Position numbers and translations under genes: made by a program
Part shown: positions 61,315-64,000 of the stretch, one piece after another
Layout: every line of letters starts with the position of its first letter
Position numbering within the stretch: position 1 is the stretch's first letter
Assembly: GCA_002269645.1 (NCBI GenBank)
Contig: NIVC01000702.1
Location: forward strand, 405,284 to 469,283
Length of the DNA stretch: 64,000 nucleotides
Reading direction: 5' to 3'
DNA from: Macrostomum lignano
Lineage: Eukaryota
Notes under the pieces: model-generated
What the model was told of the DNA's origin: nothing
Databases searched by the model: none
What the model saw: the letters and a program-made list of their open reading frames with translations, nothing else

Positions 61315-63782
61315 TCAACAGTTAGCGGGCATATAAATCGGATTATGAAACGAGGTGCCACCGCCGCCGATGCTCACGCCGCCAAAGACGCCGCCCCGCC
61401 AGAGCCGGCGTCGAGATTCAACTGCGGTCGGTAACCGGCAGCCCAGCGGCCGCGCTTCCAGATGCAGAAGCCCAGAACGCCAACGCCGGCAACGCCTAGC
61501 GCGCAGACAAGCACGATGACAGTCAGGACACCGATGCTGACGCCGCCGCTATGCTGGTGGCTGTCTGGCTCGGCATGTCGGTCCGAGTTGGCCTCAGATT
61601 CACCCGGACACAACGGTACCGGACAGAATTCCAGTTTTAATGTGTAGTTTTTGTTGCCAGGTAGGTTGTGACGCGCGAAACAGACCGGCCGACCGACGCC
61701 CAGAGCCAAGCCGTTGACGCCGCCGGTGACAGATGTTGGCGGTGAGCGACAGAAATTAGCCGCTTCGCCAAGGGTTTCCTTGGGTGAGGTTAAAAAAATA
61801 TTACTTACGATACATATCGGCAGACGGAGATAGCTACAGTATAGAAAACAGACCGATGCATGAAGTTATTTTTCGATACATATCGGCACATAAGATATGT
61901 ACATTACTACATTGACTAGTTTATACAAAATAATAAACCGGGATGGCATACATACAGCAGAGGCCCAAAATACATAAACAACAATAAAGTAAATATTTAT
62001 ATTTTGGAAATTTGGGTAAACAGCAGGAGTAACCATAAACTTATTTATTAACTACAATGCCTCGTCAGCTAAGTAGTTTTATATTTCAATCTTATTTTAT
62101 CAGACATCACATAACTAACCTGACTATTGTCGGTCTCAATATCCACCACCTCGCTAGCAAACGGAGATCCTATCGGCAGCAGGTGCATAGCCGTATTCGA
62201 GTCATTGGTATTATTGTAAAATCGATAAACATCGGTCTGCTCGTAGATCAATCTAACTAAATCCCATCGAACGCATTCTCGACCGTCTATAGATCGACTA
62301 GCGTAGCCGGAATAGCGCTTAGCAACGCCATAGCAACCGATGTTTTTATTATGATTAGTATCAGAGTCTGGCGATGCCAAATCAGCAATAGCGGCAGCCT
62401 TACAAACGAATGGTTTCGGCTTGCCGCAGTCCTCGCTGGACCGCCGCTGATTCTATTCAAACCCATGACCGACGGAGTGGCCCTGTTGTACAGTCGGTAA
62501 CCATAGCAACCAGACAGTTTGTCCAAGTTGTAATGACGAAATTCTGGCAGTACATAGTCGAATCGAACAGGATTGAATTTGTCGCTATCACTACTACTAG
62601 CAGTAGCCCAATTCAAGCCAGTAATCTGTTCAGTGTTGGAACGCAAATTTAGCCAAATATCGCTGGGCGGCGGGTTACTGATTGATGAAGCCAAACTGCG
62701 AATAAAATGTACCTGAAAATGTTTTTTGTTGTTATTAAATGTCGACTGTACGTTATTGAAATATTTGCACTCATAGCTAGGATTGAAGGGTAATAGGGTA
62801 TTGACCCTTAGTCGTAGATTTTAGTATATTGGACTAGCAATCTGCACCCCCGTTGGGGAGGCAGGCAACAAAGAGAGGAATAAGAATGTTTACAATAAAC
62901 TAAATGTAGCATTTGAACTTCTACAGTCGCTATTGTCTAAAGCAAAAAAGCATCAACTCTGAAAAGAATCGCTAGAGTCATTGCCAACAACTCACTAGTG
63001 ACTATCGCCTCTGGGGCAACTCGTGAATTTTTAAAGACTAGAATCCATCTAATGCGACGGAGAGGCAACTGTTGCGTCAAAAGCGCGTCACGTCAGTGGT
63101 AGAATCGTAGAGTCGCGAAAGAGTCGACCAAGAATCGTTGTGTTGGCGCCTAGCTTTCGCTAGAGATGCGACTCTAATTCATCAACCAATGCTAATGCGC
63201 TTCAAACACAAACTAACGACTCTACAGACTGTGGCATCGCCTTAAATACCACTTTACGGGGCAAATCACCTGCGTCGCCCTAAAGCCGTTTCAGATTTGC
63301 AGGCAATAAAACACTTTAAAGTGATTCTTAAGCAACTCTTTGACTTTTTGGCGGCTTGTACCATACCATGACATCTCGTCGTTTTAGAGTAGTTTAGAGT
63401 CATTCCTTCCAAGTTTACCTGCGTAATCTGCAACGACTCTGGGATCACAGATGACGGATTTTCGTGCATACAAGCACCAGATGAATTTGACCGAGCACGG
63501 AATCTATTCCATAAAGTTAAGTTAATTAGGCCTCACCTCAGACGACGCCTCCAACCAAAGTAGTTCAGCGCTATCATTTTTACAATTAGTTTGAGCAGTT
63601 TCAAAATCTGCCGCCGCACTGTGAAATCTATAACACCAAGTTCCATTGAAGGCTACATAGCCATCCTTGCATATCTTAGGCTGCGGAGAAGACGGCGGTA
63701 TCACAGTAAGCGGCCTACGGCACAGAGCCGGCAAAGGCAAGCTGCACAGCTCGGCTAAATGATAGCCAGATTTGCTTAGCAA
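61315..63782 (-). CDS. C-type lectin domain + kringle-like domain + single TM receptor with FxNPxY tail (5' part uncertain or outside window); exons ~63782-63537, 62712-62120, 61778-61315; two single-base frameshifts
   Basis: CTLD motifs: CKDGYVAFNGTWCYRF..FETAQTNC..LLWL..E|VHFI..IWLNL and DCGKPKPFVCK. Kringle motifs: CYG..YSG..GRECVRWD and NFCRSP..PVCF..EFCPVPLC. TM VLTVIVLVCALGVAGVGVLGFCIW followed by KRGR. SFHNPIY appears after restoring one G at 61394-61397. Confidence 0.8.
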
Positions 63783-64000
63783 TGGATGGTATCTAGTAGC
63801 TAAACAATGCGTTGACGCGTATAGATGGCGCGTGAGGCCACACCAGAAAGTTCACCTTGGAACCGTCCAGCCTAATTAAAGGCGCTACCGGCCCATTGCC
63901 AAACCAAGCCAGACTAAGCCGGCTCTTCTACCTAGGCTAGCAACTAGGCTAACTAGAAAATCGTGCTGACCAGAAGTCTGATAGGACGCTAAATCGCCGT

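Noticed and set aside
60475-61434. 319-aa DIKVSDCL-repeat ORF
   Set aside because: Translation of the 24-bp satellite, antisense to the lectin receptor 3' end.

Overview
Eukaryotic (metazoan) genomic DNA. GC-rich polyQ-containing exons and introns packed with minisatellites suggest a free-living flatworm such as Macrostomum; this is an inference. Manual GT-AG splicing gives five host genes. (1) A 7-ectodomain delta-type protocadherin (minus, ATG 9614, running off the window start). (2) A 5-exon BNIP3/NIX-like mitophagy receptor (minus, 33221-29870) that the ORF track does not reveal. (3) A 4-exon gene of unknown function (plus, 41694-45330). (4) A Vav-family RhoGEF (minus, 55317-48174). (5) A C-type-lectin/kringle/TM receptor with an NPxY tail (minus, 3' part only). 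Mobile DNA includes a 6.66-kb CMC/EnSpm (CACTA-like) transposon at 33971-40626 with CCCTA TIRs, a 2-bp TSD, a disrupted transposase and a spliced BEN-like accessory gene. A 61-nt candidate intron would fuse the accessory gene in frame to the transposase. Also present are a head-to-tail dimer of a non-autonomous Helitron (16860-23020) carrying a tRNA-derived cassette and two satellites, a long-TIR MITE, tRNA-derived SINEs and about 20 tandem arrays. Most long ORFs in the supplied track are artefacts of these arrays.
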